Source: an uncultured Clostridia bacterium (GTDB lineage Bacteria > Bacillota > Clostridia > TANB77 > CAG-508). Taken from it: a stretch of 64,000 nt of DNA. Location: NCBI GenBank assembly GCA_934168365.1, contig CAKPNJ010000001.1:20967-84966 (forward strand), given 5' to 3'. Position numbers and translations under genes: made by a program. Below the pieces are notes generated by a model. That model did not search any database and was not told the DNA's origin. It saw nothing but the letters and a program-made list of their open reading frames with translations. Below are positions 54,617 to 63,971 of the stretch, in pieces; position 1 is the first letter of the stretch, and each line of letters starts with the position of its first letter.

Positions 54617-55732
54617 ATGGATAAAAACAAGAGAAATTGGATAATAGCTATTGTAGTAGTTTTTATACTTGTATTTGGAGGAGGATATCTAATGACAAGA
54701 AATAACAATACAAAGCAAAATAACAATAATGGAGGAACAGCTAAAGGACAAGACAATGTTAAAATAGTGACAAATGCAGCAAGTCAATTAACACTTGAAG
54801 ATTACTCAACAGCAGAATTTTCAATGAAAAAACCAAAAGGTTGGAAAGTTGAAACTGGTGGAACAGGAATGTATTATGCAATTAAAGTATATGATCCAAA
54901 TGAAACCAATAATCAAATATTTTTAATGTTAAAAATGCAACCACTACTAAAGAGCACAGCGGGAAAAGCTTTTTGGCAAAATTACTATAAGCTAAGTGGA
55001 AACAACAGCCAATACAAAGTATTTGCAGATGCTGTGGTATTAGAAAAACCAACAACAGAAGTTTTTTACAAAAAGTTTAGTGAAATAGGTTCATATATGA
55101 ATTCGATTGAAACAACATTAAGTACATTTAATTTTCCTAAATTTAACAACTTTACAAAATTGGAAGAATCTGATTCTAAAGCATCTATGAAAAGTGTTGC
55201 ATTAGATAGCAAAGTATTGAGAGCTACATTTACAGGAGATAATGACAAACAAGGTGAAGGTATGTTTATGGCATCTATTGTAAATTTTGGAAACCAATAT
55301 CAAGGTGGAACAGACATGCTATACTATATGGTTTATGACATAATGTCAATAACTTCAGCTAAAGATGAGTTTATAGACTACAAAGATATTTTGTTACAAT
55401 CAGCTAATTCAATTGAATTTAGTGATGCTTATGTAAAAAAGACAATAGATGATGGAAATGCACAAACAAAACAAGCTTTAGCTTTAAGTGCTTCAATTCA
55501 AGCAGCATTTGACTCATATATGCAAGCATGGGAAAACAGACAAACAACTTATGATATCATGAGCCAAAAACAAAGTGACGCAACATTAGGATATGAAAGA
55601 GTTTACAATACTGATACAGGTGAGATATATAAAGCATATAACGGATTTACAGATGACTACAAAGGAGAAACATACAAATCAGTAACAGACGAAATGTACA
55701 CTCAAAAAACAAGTGGATATATTGAAAAATAA
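54617..55732 (+). CDS. Hypothetical membrane-anchored extracytoplasmic protein
   Basis: N-terminal TM (WIIAIVVVFILVFGGGYL), an N-rich linker and a 300-aa soluble domain. RBS aaaggaga. Divergent from the double-HTH regulator. Confidence 0.5.
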   Translation: MDKNKRNWIIAIVVVFILVFGGGYLMTRNNNTKQNNNNGGTAKGQDNVKIVTNAASQLTLEDYSTAEFSMKKPKGWKVETGGTGMYYAIKVYDPNETNNQIFLMLKMQPLLKSTAGKAFWQNYYKLSGNNSQYKVFADAVVLEKPTTEVFYKKFSEIGSYMNSIETTLSTFNFPKFNNFTKLEESDSKASMKSVALDSKVLRATFTGDNDKQGEGMFMASIVNFGNQYQGGTDMLYYMVYDIMSITSAKDEFIDYKDILLQSANSIEFSDAYVKKTIDDGNAQTKQALALSASIQAAFDSYMQAWENRQTTYDIMSQKQSDATLGYERVYNTDTGEIYKAYNGFTDDYKGETYKSVTDEMYTQKTSGYIEK

Positions 55733-55786
55733 AAACTGAATAATCATTAAATGTTGGGCAAGAATATGTTTAGAGGTGATTTAAAT

Positions 55787-56791
55787 ATGTTCTTGCCTAA
55801 AGTTATTTATTACGAAAAAGAAAGTGAAAATTATGAACTAGGAAGAGAGCTTTTAAAAAGATATAGAGATAAAGGAATACAATGTATTGAAATAGAAAAT
55901 CATAATAATATAGAGGAAATGAGAAAAAAGCAAAACAGTGAATTTCCACAAATGAAACAAAATTTAATAATAGGAGTTAGAAAAACACATAAATTTGTAC
56001 CAAACCATAAAACATCAGATTTTCTAGTCCCATATACTTCATCAGGATGTATAGCAATGTGCCTATACTGCTATTTAGTATGCAACTATAACAAATGTGC
56101 ATATTTAAGGTTATTTGTTAATAGAGAACAAATGTTGGAAAAAATAATAAAAGTAGCAAATGAGGCAGAAAAAGATTTAACCTTTGAAATAGGAAGCAAC
56201 AGTGATTTGATTTTGGAAAATACCATTACAAATAATTTAGTATGGACAATTGAAAATTTTAAAGATAATCCAAAAGGACTACTAACATTTCCAACTAAAT
56301 TTGATATGGTAGACCCAATTTTATCACTAGACCATAAAGGAAAAGTAATAGTAAGAATGAGCGTAAACCCAAGAGAAATAATTAGAACAATTGAAATAGG
56401 AACATCACCATTAGAAAATAGAGTAAGAGCAATAAAAAAATTAAAAGATGCAGGATATAAACTAGGAATTTTAATAGCACCTGTGATTCTAGTAGAAGAC
56501 TGGAAAAAGCAATACACAGAACTAATTCAATATCTAGCAGAAAACCTATCAGAACAAGTAAAAAAAGATGTATTTTTTGAAATAATATTTATGACATATA
56601 GTTATGTGCATAGAATGATAAATCAGGAAGCATTTCCAAAACAAACAAGTCTATATAATCAAGAAATAATGACAGGCAGAGGAAAAGGAAAATACACATA
56701 CAACAAAGATGTAAGACAAGAAGCAGAAATATTTTTAAGAGACTTAATGAGAAAATACTTCCCGCACAATGAAATTAAATATATAGTTTAG
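55787..56791 (+). CDS. splB: Spore photoproduct lyase (radical SAM)
   Basis: CIAMCLYC (CX3CX2C), typical SplB length and layout, and an N-terminal IYYEK... region. The ATG at 55787 follows agaggtga. Confidence 0.8.
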   Translation: MFLPKVIYYEKESENYELGRELLKRYRDKGIQCIEIENHNNIEEMRKKQNSEFPQMKQNLIIGVRKTHKFVPNHKTSDFLVPYTSSGCIAMCLYCYLVCNYNKCAYLRLFVNREQMLEKIIKVANEAEKDLTFEIGSNSDLILENTITNNLVWTIENFKDNPKGLLTFPTKFDMVDPILSLDHKGKVIVRMSVNPREIIRTIEIGTSPLENRVRAIKKLKDAGYKLGILIAPVILVEDWKKQYTELIQYLAENLSEQVKKDVFFEIIFMTYSYVHRMINQEAFPKQTSLYNQEIMTGRGKGKYTYNKDVRQEAEIFLRDLMRKYFPHNEIKYIV

Positions 56792-56878
56792 GGTGCCAAT
56801 GGGGACGGGGTCAAAAAGCACCCTTTTAGTTTTTTTAAATTTTTGGGGTGCTTTTTGACCCCGTCCCCATTGGCACCC
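56791..56878. repeat. Perfect 33-bp inverted repeat (GC-rich palindromic element); probable terminator of splB
   Basis: gggtgccaatggggacggggtcaaaaagcaccc (56791..56823), a 22-nt AT spacer, then gggtgctttttgaccccgtccccattggcaccc (56846..56878). The arms are exact reverse complements. Confidence 0.85.
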
Positions 56879-56963
56879 ACTTTTTTCTTTTTTTGTTCAC
56901 AGTCTAGACATAAAACCTTTGTATAATATATAATAGTTATGTAATATTTAGGAGGAAAAATAC

Positions 56964-57641
56964 ATGAACAATATTACCGTTTTAGTAGTAGATGACGAAT
57001 CAAGAATGAGAAAATTGATAAAAGACTTTTTGGCACAAAAAGGTTATAGTATATTAGAAGCAGGAGATGGAGAAGAAGCACTTCAAGTATATGAAGAAAA
57101 CAAAAGCCATATTAACCTTATATTACTAGATGTAATGATGCCAAAACTTGATGGATGGTCAGTACTTAGACAAATAAGACAAAGTTCAAAAGTGCCAATT
57201 ATAATGCTTACAGCAAGAGGTGAAGAACAAGATGAACTATTTGGATTTGAACTTGGAGTAGATGAATATATAGCAAAACCATTTAGTCCTAAAATCTTAG
57301 TAGCAAGAGTTGAAGCAATACTAAAGAGGACAATGGGAGATAAAACAGAGGTAAAGGACTATGGTGGTATTGTTATAGATCCAGACGGAAGAACTGTTAA
57401 GGTAGATGATAGACAAGTTGAAATGAGTCTTCGTGAATATGAATTATTAAAATATTTGGTAGATAATGAAGGAATTGCATTATCTAGAGATAAAATATTA
57501 AATAATGTATGGAATTATGACTATTATGGAGATTCAAGAACTATAGATAGCCATATAAAGAAAATAAGACACAAGTTAGGCAAAAAAGGTAAGTACATAG
57601 AAACTATGAGGGGCGTAGGCTACAAATTTGAAGTTAAATAA
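56964..57641 (+). CDS. OmpR/PhoB-family response regulator
   Basis: Receiver domain (VLVVDDE, LLDVMMPKLDG, MLTARG) plus winged helix (RTIDSHIKKIRHKL, RGVGYKF). Confidence 0.9.
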   Translation: MNNITVLVVDDESRMRKLIKDFLAQKGYSILEAGDGEEALQVYEENKSHINLILLDVMMPKLDGWSVLRQIRQSSKVPIIMLTARGEEQDELFGFELGVDEYIAKPFSPKILVARVEAILKRTMGDKTEVKDYGGIVIDPDGRTVKVDDRQVEMSLREYELLKYLVDNEGIALSRDKILNNVWNYDYYGDSRTIDSHIKKIRHKLGKKGKYIETMRGVGYKFEVK

Positions 57642-57655
57642 AACGGAGTAGAATA

Positions 57656-59146
57656 ATGTTAAAAGAAAAATTAAAATCAGTAAGAGTTAGGCTATTTCTA
57701 ACACTTTGTGTAGTTGTTATAGCATTGGTAATATGCTTAATAGCTGTAAATAGTTTAGTATTAGAGAACTTTTACATATATAGTAAAACAAATACAATAA
57801 AAGAGCTATATAATAAAATAAATGACTATTATGAGAAGCCAAATTTAGATATTAGTTTGGAAACAGAATTAAAAAAAGTAGCATTTAGAAATAATTTTGA
57901 CATATTGATAAAAGCAGATACAGATTTGATTTTATTTTCAACTAATAAGGACTTTTTATCAAACATAACAGCAGTTGAAAGCAAAACCAAAACACCTTTT
58001 GAAGAACGAAAAAATCTATTATATAGTGATGAGAAAATGACTATAAAAAAAATTGATGATACTAGTAATAGCTTAAACTATATTTTGCTATATGGAAAAT
58101 TAGACAATGGATATAGCCTATACATAAGAATTCCTATTGCACCAATTGAAGAGAGTGTAAGAATTTCAAACACAACATTAGTTACAATAGGAGCAATAAC
58201 TATACTAATATCAGCTTTTGTAGCATCTTTAATATCACGTAAATTTACAAAACCAATTTTACAATTGAATGATATTACAAAGAAAATGGCTAAACTTGAT
58301 TTTGAACAGAAATATAGAATAAATGATTCAGATGATGAAATAAATGAACTTGGAAGAAACATAAATACTATGTCAGATAAGCTAGAGGCAACTATAAAAC
58401 AGCTAAGAGAAACAAACAGTGAACTTGAAAAAGATATTGAAGAAAAATCTAAAATAGACGAAATGAGAAAGCAATTTATATCAGATGTATCACATGAGCT
58501 AAAAACACCAATTGCGCTAATTCAAGGATATGCGGAAGGCTTAATAGAAAATGTAAATACTGATGATGAGTCTAGAAAATTTTATGCAGAAGTAATACTA
58601 GACGAGTCAAATAAAATGGATGTATTAGTAAAACAATTACTAGAGTTAATGAAGCTTGAATATGGAAAACGTGAATTCACAGACGAAAAATTTGATGTTG
58701 TAGAATTAATAAATGAGGTTATTAGAAAATGCAATGTAATGCTAGAGGAAAACCACATTCAAGTAATATTTGAAGAAAAAGAACCTATATATGCATATGC
58801 AGATGACTTTTATATAGAGCAAGTAATGACTAACTATTTTACAAATGCCATAAAACACGCAAAAGAAGTAAATGGCGAGAAGCAGATAAAAATAACTATA
58901 CAAAATGTAAATGACAAAATAAGAGTAACTGTATTTAATACAGGAGATAAAATACCTGAAGAAGATTTAACCAGAATATGGGGAAGATTCTACAAAGTGG
59001 ACGATTCGCGTAACCGTGAAAATAGTGGAAGCGGAATAGGGTTATCAATAGTAAAAGCTATACAAAATAATTATCAAAATGAATACGGCGTACAAAATTT
59101 TTCTAATGGGGTAGAATTTTATTTTGACATCTCTACGAAAAAGTAG
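57656..59146 (+). CDS. Sensor histidine kinase (2 TM segments, HAMP, HisKA, HATPase_c)
   Basis: H-box FISDVSHELKTPI, N-box TNAIKHA, and G-boxes FNTGDKI and GSGIGLSIV. Confidence 0.9.
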   Translation: MLKEKLKSVRVRLFLTLCVVVIALVICLIAVNSLVLENFYIYSKTNTIKELYNKINDYYEKPNLDISLETELKKVAFRNNFDILIKADTDLILFSTNKDFLSNITAVESKTKTPFEERKNLLYSDEKMTIKKIDDTSNSLNYILLYGKLDNGYSLYIRIPIAPIEESVRISNTTLVTIGAITILISAFVASLISRKFTKPILQLNDITKKMAKLDFEQKYRINDSDDEINELGRNINTMSDKLEATIKQLRETNSELEKDIEEKSKIDEMRKQFISDVSHELKTPIALIQGYAEGLIENVNTDDESRKFYAEVILDESNKMDVLVKQLLELMKLEYGKREFTDEKFDVVELINEVIRKCNVMLEENHIQVIFEEKEPIYAYADDFYIEQVMTNYFTNAIKHAKEVNGEKQIKITIQNVNDKIRVTVFNTGDKIPEEDLTRIWGRFYKVDDSRNRENSGSGIGLSIVKAIQNNYQNEYGVQNFSNGVEFYFDISTKK

Positions 59147-59296
59147 TTTTATATTTTGTAATACTAGTTTAAAGTACTTGTAGATAAGTAGTAGAGTAGC
59201 CACAGCGACTTTGACATATATTTTTTCGTGATTTAGTCTAAGAAAAAATATATTAAAGTGCAAACGACGTGGAGGACAGAATAAGGAGAAAGTCAA

Positions 59297-60160
59297 ATGG
59301 AACAACAATACAAAATAGAAAACAACGGAAGCTTTGTGTTGAAGCACATATTTGAATGTGGACAATGCTTTAGATGGAATGAAGAGCTAGACGGAAGCTA
59401 TACTGGAGTTTTCAAAAATAATGTATTAAATGTAAAAGAACAAAACCATCAAATTATATTTGATGGTATTTGTGATGGAGATATAAAAGAAATAGTGACT
59501 CAATATTTTGATTTAGATAGAGACTATGATGATATAAAAAACAAACTATCTAAAATAGATGAACCACTAAAAAATAGTATTGATTATGGAAGCGGAATAA
59601 GGTTACTAAATCAAGATTTGTGGGAAACAACTATATCTTTTATAATATCGGCTAACAATAATATTCCAAGAATAAAAGGCATAATAGAAAGAATGGCAAG
59701 AAGATATGGAAACAAAATTGAATGGAGAGGAAATGAATATTATACATTTCCAACACCAGAACAATTGTCAAAAGCAAGTGTAGAAGACCTAAGAGCATTG
59801 GGCCTAGGATTTAGAGATAAAAGAATATATGATACGACAAAACTAGTTGTATCAAAGCAAATAGATTTAGAAAAATTAGAACAAGAAAAAGACAGCCAAA
59901 AAATAAAAGAGACTTTGTTAACATTACCAGGAGTTGGACCTAAAGTAGCAGATTGTATAATGTTATTTTCAACATTAAAATGTTTAGATGTATTTCCAGT
60001 AGATGTTTGGGTAAGAAGAGTTATGAATGAGTTATATTTTAAATTACCAGACGAAACAAAACTAAAAAGAGATCAAATAGAAAAATTAGCGACAGAAAAA
60101 TATGGAGACTTAGCAGGATTGGCACAGCAGTATTTATTCTATTGGAAACGTGAAGCGTAA
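59297..60160 (+). CDS. ogg: 8-oxoguanine DNA glycosylase / AP lyase (Ogg, HhH-GPD)
   Basis: HhH-GPD region LPGVGPKVADCIMLF carries the catalytic Lys, with the downstream VDVWV Asp. N-terminal OGG_N-like CGQCFRW. Confidence 0.8.
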   Translation: MEQQYKIENNGSFVLKHIFECGQCFRWNEELDGSYTGVFKNNVLNVKEQNHQIIFDGICDGDIKEIVTQYFDLDRDYDDIKNKLSKIDEPLKNSIDYGSGIRLLNQDLWETTISFIISANNNIPRIKGIIERMARRYGNKIEWRGNEYYTFPTPEQLSKASVEDLRALGLGFRDKRIYDTTKLVVSKQIDLEKLEQEKDSQKIKETLLTLPGVGPKVADCIMLFSTLKCLDVFPVDVWVRRVMNELYFKLPDETKLKRDQIEKLATEKYGDLAGLAQQYLFYWKREA

Positions 60161-60165
60161 GTTTT

Positions 60166-60289
60166 GTTCAAAAAATAATCATCATTTGACGTCGTTAGAC
60201 TTTATTTGAAACGCGGTTACATACAATACGTATGCGCCCTTGCCTTTCAAATAAAGTCTGCCTAGTCAACTAATAATTCTTTTTTGAAC
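60166..60289 (+). repeat. Long imperfect-palindrome intergenic element, copy C
   Basis: Outer arms gttcaaaaaa / ttttttgaac. Inner perfect 15-bp stem agactttatttgaaa (60197..60211) / tttcaaataaagtct (60245..60259). The apex is GC-enriched. Both ends resemble copy A1 (caaaaaataat..catcatttgacg versus caaaataatagtcatcttgcg; taattcttttttgaa versus ctattcttttgaa). Confidence 0.7.
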
Positions 60290-60326
60290 AGTAAATGATT
60301 TTTACAAATTGAAAGGGGAGAGAGTT

Positions 60327-63300
60327 TTGAGTATTCAAATTGTATATGGAACATCAGGTACAGGAAAAAGTACATATATTTTTAATCAAATAAATGAACA
60401 AATAAAACAAAAAAGTCCATATAAAATAAAAGTAATTACACCAGAGCAATTTTCATATACAGCAGAGCAAAAATTACTTGAAACTTCTTTTTCACAAAGT
60501 ATGATTTCAGCAGAAGTAATTACATTTGCACGTATGGCATATAGAATTTTAGGAGAAGTAGGCAAAAAAACAAGAATAAATTTATCTGGTTCGGGCAAAG
60601 CAATGCTTATAGACCACATTTTATTAACAGAAAATAATAAGTTTTCATTTTTAGGCAAGTCGGATGAAAATGTAGAAATGATATCAAGACAATTGACTGA
60701 GCTGAAAAAACATCAAGTTCAGCTAGATACATTAAAAGAAGTTACTAAAAATACTCAAGATAAATACTTACAAAAAAAGCTTGAGGATATTACAAATTTA
60801 TATGATTTATATAATAATTCAATTCAAAACCAATATATTGATGAAAACGATGGACTAACTCTTTTGGCAGAAGAATTAGAAGAATCAAATGAATTTAAAA
60901 ATTGTGATATATATATTGACGAATTTGCCGGTTTCACTTTGCAAGAATATGAAATTTTAAGAAAACTTATGAGAATATCACATAAAATTACAATAACGAT
61001 TTGTGCAGATAATTTACAAGAAAACACAAATGCTGATATAGACACATTTTATAGCAATAAACAAACAGTAAAAAGGATTTTAGAAATTGCAAATCAAGAG
61101 CAAATAGAAGTAGAAAAACCAATTTTTTTAAATACACCATACAGATTTAAAACTGAAGAATTACAACATCTAGCAGAAAATATGGCATCACCTTTTTATA
61201 AAAAATACAATAAACCAAATGAAAATTTATCAATATTTTTGGCAAGTAATCCATATTCTGAAATAGAAAATGTTGCAATACAAATAACAAAACTTGCAAA
61301 AAAAGGCTATAAATATGAAGAAATGGCTGTAATTACAAAAAATATAGATACATATTCAAGTTTGTGTAAAGCAATTTTTGAGCAATATAATATACCAGTT
61401 TTTATAGATGAGAAAAAGGACTTAGGAAGTAATATTTTAGTAAGATATGTATTATCTTTATTAGAAATATTTGCAAAGAACTGGTCTTATGAATCTGTTT
61501 TTGGTTATATAAAAACAGGATTACTAGATTTAGATACACAAGAAATAGCAGTATTAGAAAATTATTGCTTAAAATGGGGTATAAAAGGAAGTAAATGGTA
61601 TGCAAAAGAGTGGAGTTTTTACAATGAAACAGAAGAGCAACAAAAACAAATAATATATGCAAGAGATAAAGTTATAGAACCTCTTTTGAAATTCAAAAAA
61701 CAGTTAGCAGGATTAAAAACAGTAAAAGAAATAACAACTGGATTATATGAATTTTTAGTACAAAATAATATATATGAAAAACTAGAACAAAAAATTGAGG
61801 AATTGAAACAAAATAATGAATTAGAAATTGCAAAACAATATGAATTAAGTATTAAAATTTTAACCGATTTATTTGATGAAATAGTACTAGTTTTAGGCAA
61901 TAAAAATATAACCTTTGATAGATATGCAAAAATATTAAAAATGGGCTTTAACCAAAGTGACTTAGGCACAATTCCTGCAACTGCAGATCAAGTAATAGTA
62001 GGAGATGTAGACCGTTCAAGATCACATAAAGTAAAGGCAGTATTTATTATAGGTCTAAATGATGGAAGTTTTCCAAGTATACAAAAAGATGAAGGATTTT
62101 TAGATGATAAAGATAGAAATATATTAAAAGAGCAAGGAATAGAACTTGCAAAAGGAACAATAGAGCAAATTTATAACGACAATTTTAATATTTACAAGGC
62201 ATTTACAACAGCAGAAGAAAAACTTTATTTATCTTATGCTTCATCAGATGCAGAAGGAAAATCTTTAAGAGCGTCAATATTAATAAATAAAATTAAAAGA
62301 ATATTTCCTAATATAAAAGAACAAAGTGATGTAATAGAAAGAAAAAGCGAAGTATTACTTTCTAAAACTACATTTGACGAATTATTAGTAAATTTAAGAA
62401 ATTTTACACAGGGTGAAGAAATAGAACCTATTTGGTTTGATGTATACAATTATTATCAAGCTAATTATAAAACAAAATTAGAGTCAGCAATAAAAGCTTT
62501 ACAATATAAAAATGAGCCAGAAAAATTAAAGCAAAATAAATTGGAAAAATTATATGGCAATACTTTAAAAACAAGTGTGTCAAGACTAGAACAATATCAA
62601 GCTTGTGCTTTTTCATATTATTTAAAATATGGATTAAAATTAAAAGAAAAAGATAGCTTTAATGTTGAGGCTGTTGATACAGGAAACTTAATGCATGAAG
62701 TAATAGACAGTTTTTTTGAAAGACTAGATGAATTAAACATATCTGTAAAAAATATTGAAGAAGAACAAATAAAACAAATTACAGAAGATATTGTTGAGGA
62801 AAAACTAACATTAAAAAAATATGATATATTTAATAGTATTCCAAAATACAGAATATTAGCTCAAAGGCTAAAAAAGGTAATTACAAAATCTATGAAATAT
62901 ATTGTAGATAGCTTAAAATATAGTGACTTTGAAGTGCTAGGGCATGAACTTGAATTTAAACAAGGTGGTCAATATGAGCCAATTATATATGAATTGAAAG
63001 ATGGCAAAAAAGTTGAGATAACTGGAAAAATTGATAGACTAGATATAGCAAAAACTGCAGATGGAAATTATATTAGAATAATAGATTATAAATCATCAAT
63101 AAAAAATATAAATTTAAATGAAGTGTATGCAGGTTTGCAACTTCAATTATTAACATATTTGGATGCTGCTTGTGAAAACGAAGAGGTAACGCCAGCAGGA
63201 GCATTATATTTTAACTTAATAGATCCAGTGTTAAATGCAAATCCAAATATGACTGATGAAGAAATTACAGAAGAACTAAGAAAACAATTTAAAATGCAAG

Positions 63301-63671
63301 GGCTTATACTTGCAGATAGTAATATTGTAAGAAAAATGGACACGAATTTAGTATCTGGTAGTTCTAATATTGTTCCAGCATATATAGGCAAAGACGGAGA
63401 GGTTAGTGACAAACCAAATACATTAAATAGAAAGCAATTTGAAAACTTGCAGAATTATATGGAAAAAATCATAAAACAAATTTCAGAAGAAATTTTAAAT
63501 GGAAACATTGGAATTGAACCATATTATAGAACTAGGGATAAGAAAACACCTTGCGAATATTGTAGTTATAAAGCTATTTGCCAATTTAATCAAACTACAA
63601 AAAATAATTATAATTACATACCAAATGTTAATAAGGAAAAGGTTCTGGAAAAAATTTCAAATGTTCGCTAG
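60327..63671 (+). CDS. addB: ATP-dependent helicase/nuclease subunit AddB
   Basis: N-terminal GTSGTGKST Walker A, about 1115 aa, and a C-terminal RecB-like nuclease (IDRLD, IIDYK) with Fe-S cysteines (YQACAFSYY ... CEYCSYKAIC). The TTG at 60327 follows aaaggggagag. Confidence 0.9.
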   Translation: MSIQIVYGTSGTGKSTYIFNQINEQIKQKSPYKIKVITPEQFSYTAEQKLLETSFSQSMISAEVITFARMAYRILGEVGKKTRINLSGSGKAMLIDHILLTENNKFSFLGKSDENVEMISRQLTELKKHQVQLDTLKEVTKNTQDKYLQKKLEDITNLYDLYNNSIQNQYIDENDGLTLLAEELEESNEFKNCDIYIDEFAGFTLQEYEILRKLMRISHKITITICADNLQENTNADIDTFYSNKQTVKRILEIANQEQIEVEKPIFLNTPYRFKTEELQHLAENMASPFYKKYNKPNENLSIFLASNPYSEIENVAIQITKLAKKGYKYEEMAVITKNIDTYSSLCKAIFEQYNIPVFIDEKKDLGSNILVRYVLSLLEIFAKNWSYESVFGYIKTGLLDLDTQEIAVLENYCLKWGIKGSKWYAKEWSFYNETEEQQKQIIYARDKVIEPLLKFKKQLAGLKTVKEITTGLYEFLVQNNIYEKLEQKIEELKQNNELEIAKQYELSIKILTDLFDEIVLVLGNKNITFDRYAKILKMGFNQSDLGTIPATADQVIVGDVDRSRSHKVKAVFIIGLNDGSFPSIQKDEGFLDDKDRNILKEQGIELAKGTIEQIYNDNFNIYKAFTTAEEKLYLSYASSDAEGKSLRASILINKIKRIFPNIKEQSDVIERKSEVLLSKTTFDELLVNLRNFTQGEEIEPIWFDVYNYYQANYKTKLESAIKALQYKNEPEKLKQNKLEKLYGNTLKTSVSRLEQYQACAFSYYLKYGLKLKEKDSFNVEAVDTGNLMHEVIDSFFERLDELNISVKNIEEEQIKQITEDIVEEKLTLKKYDIFNSIPKYRILAQRLKKVITKSMKYIVDSLKYSDFEVLGHELEFKQGGQYEPIIYELKDGKKVEITGKIDRLDIAKTADGNYIRIIDYKSSIKNINLNEVYAGLQLQLLTYLDAACENEEVTPAGALYFNLIDPVLNANPNMTDEEITEELRKQFKMQGLILADSNIVRKMDTNLVSGSSNIVPAYIGKDGEVSDKPNTLNRKQFENLQNYMEKIIKQISEEILNGNIGIEPYYRTRDKKTPCEYCSYKAICQFNQTTKNNYNYIPNVNKEKVLEKISNVR

Positions 63672-63703
63672 ACATTTATGAGTAAATGTTGTACTATATA
63701 ATC

Positions 63704-63735
63704 ATAGGAAATGAAATAAGCAGATGTGGTTTGCC
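63704..63735 (+). repeat. Left arm of an imperfect inverted repeat flanking the small hydrophobic ORF
   Basis: ataggaaatgaaataagcagatgtggtttgcc is preceded by TATAAT (63697..63702). The right arm is ggcaaaccacatttgtggtttttcatttcctat at 63939..63971. Confidence 0.6.
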
Positions 63736-63756
63736 TCCTACAAGGAGGTGAGGCGT

Positions 63757-63879
63757 ATGGTAGAAATACAATCATTAATTGCAACAATATACATATTATA
63801 TTATTCTTTAATTGGAGTAACTATCATTACGTTTACCTTAATTATAGCATTAGTTATAGTTTTGAGTAAACAAAAATAA
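63757..63879 (+). CDS. 40-aa hydrophobic peptide, candidate type I toxin
   Basis: MVEIQSLIATIYILYYSLIGVTIITFTLIIALVIVLSKQK has a single TM helix and a Lys tail. A strong SD ggagg lies 8 nt upstream and can pair with cctcc 5 nt further upstream (cctcc-tacaa-ggagg). Not in the track because it is under 60 aa. Confidence 0.55.
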   Translation: MVEIQSLIATIYILYYSLIGVTIITFTLIIALVIVLSKQK

Positions 63880-63887
63880 ACCAATAA

Positions 63888-63926
63888 AAAACACATCTGT
63901 AATTTGACCGTTGTAGATGTGTTTTT
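63888..63926. terminator. Bidirectional terminator after the small ORF
   Basis: aaaacacatct ... agatgtgtttt forms an 11-bp stem with a 16-nt loop, with A-run and T-run flanks. Confidence 0.6.
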
Positions 63927-63938
63927 CGCATTTTATAT

Positions 63939-63971
63939 GGCAAACCACATTTGTGGTTTTTCATTTCCTAT
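63939..63971 (-). repeat. Right arm of the inverted repeat; on the minus strand it follows a TATAAT box
   Basis: The minus strand reads ttgttaTATAATaataataggaaatgaaaaaccacaaatgtggtttgcc. This mirrors the plus-strand promoter and leader at 63697..63735 and suggests a convergent short transcript. Confidence 0.45.

Noticed and set aside
63880-63965. 36-aa ORF on the minus strand (MKNHKCGLPYKMRKTHLQRSNYRCVFYWFIFVYSKL) opposite the small hydrophobic peptide.
   Set aside because: The only SD-like sequence (agga) sits 1 nt from the ATG. The corresponding ATG in the plus-strand copy of the leader is followed by a stop after two codons. The transcript is more likely non-coding.
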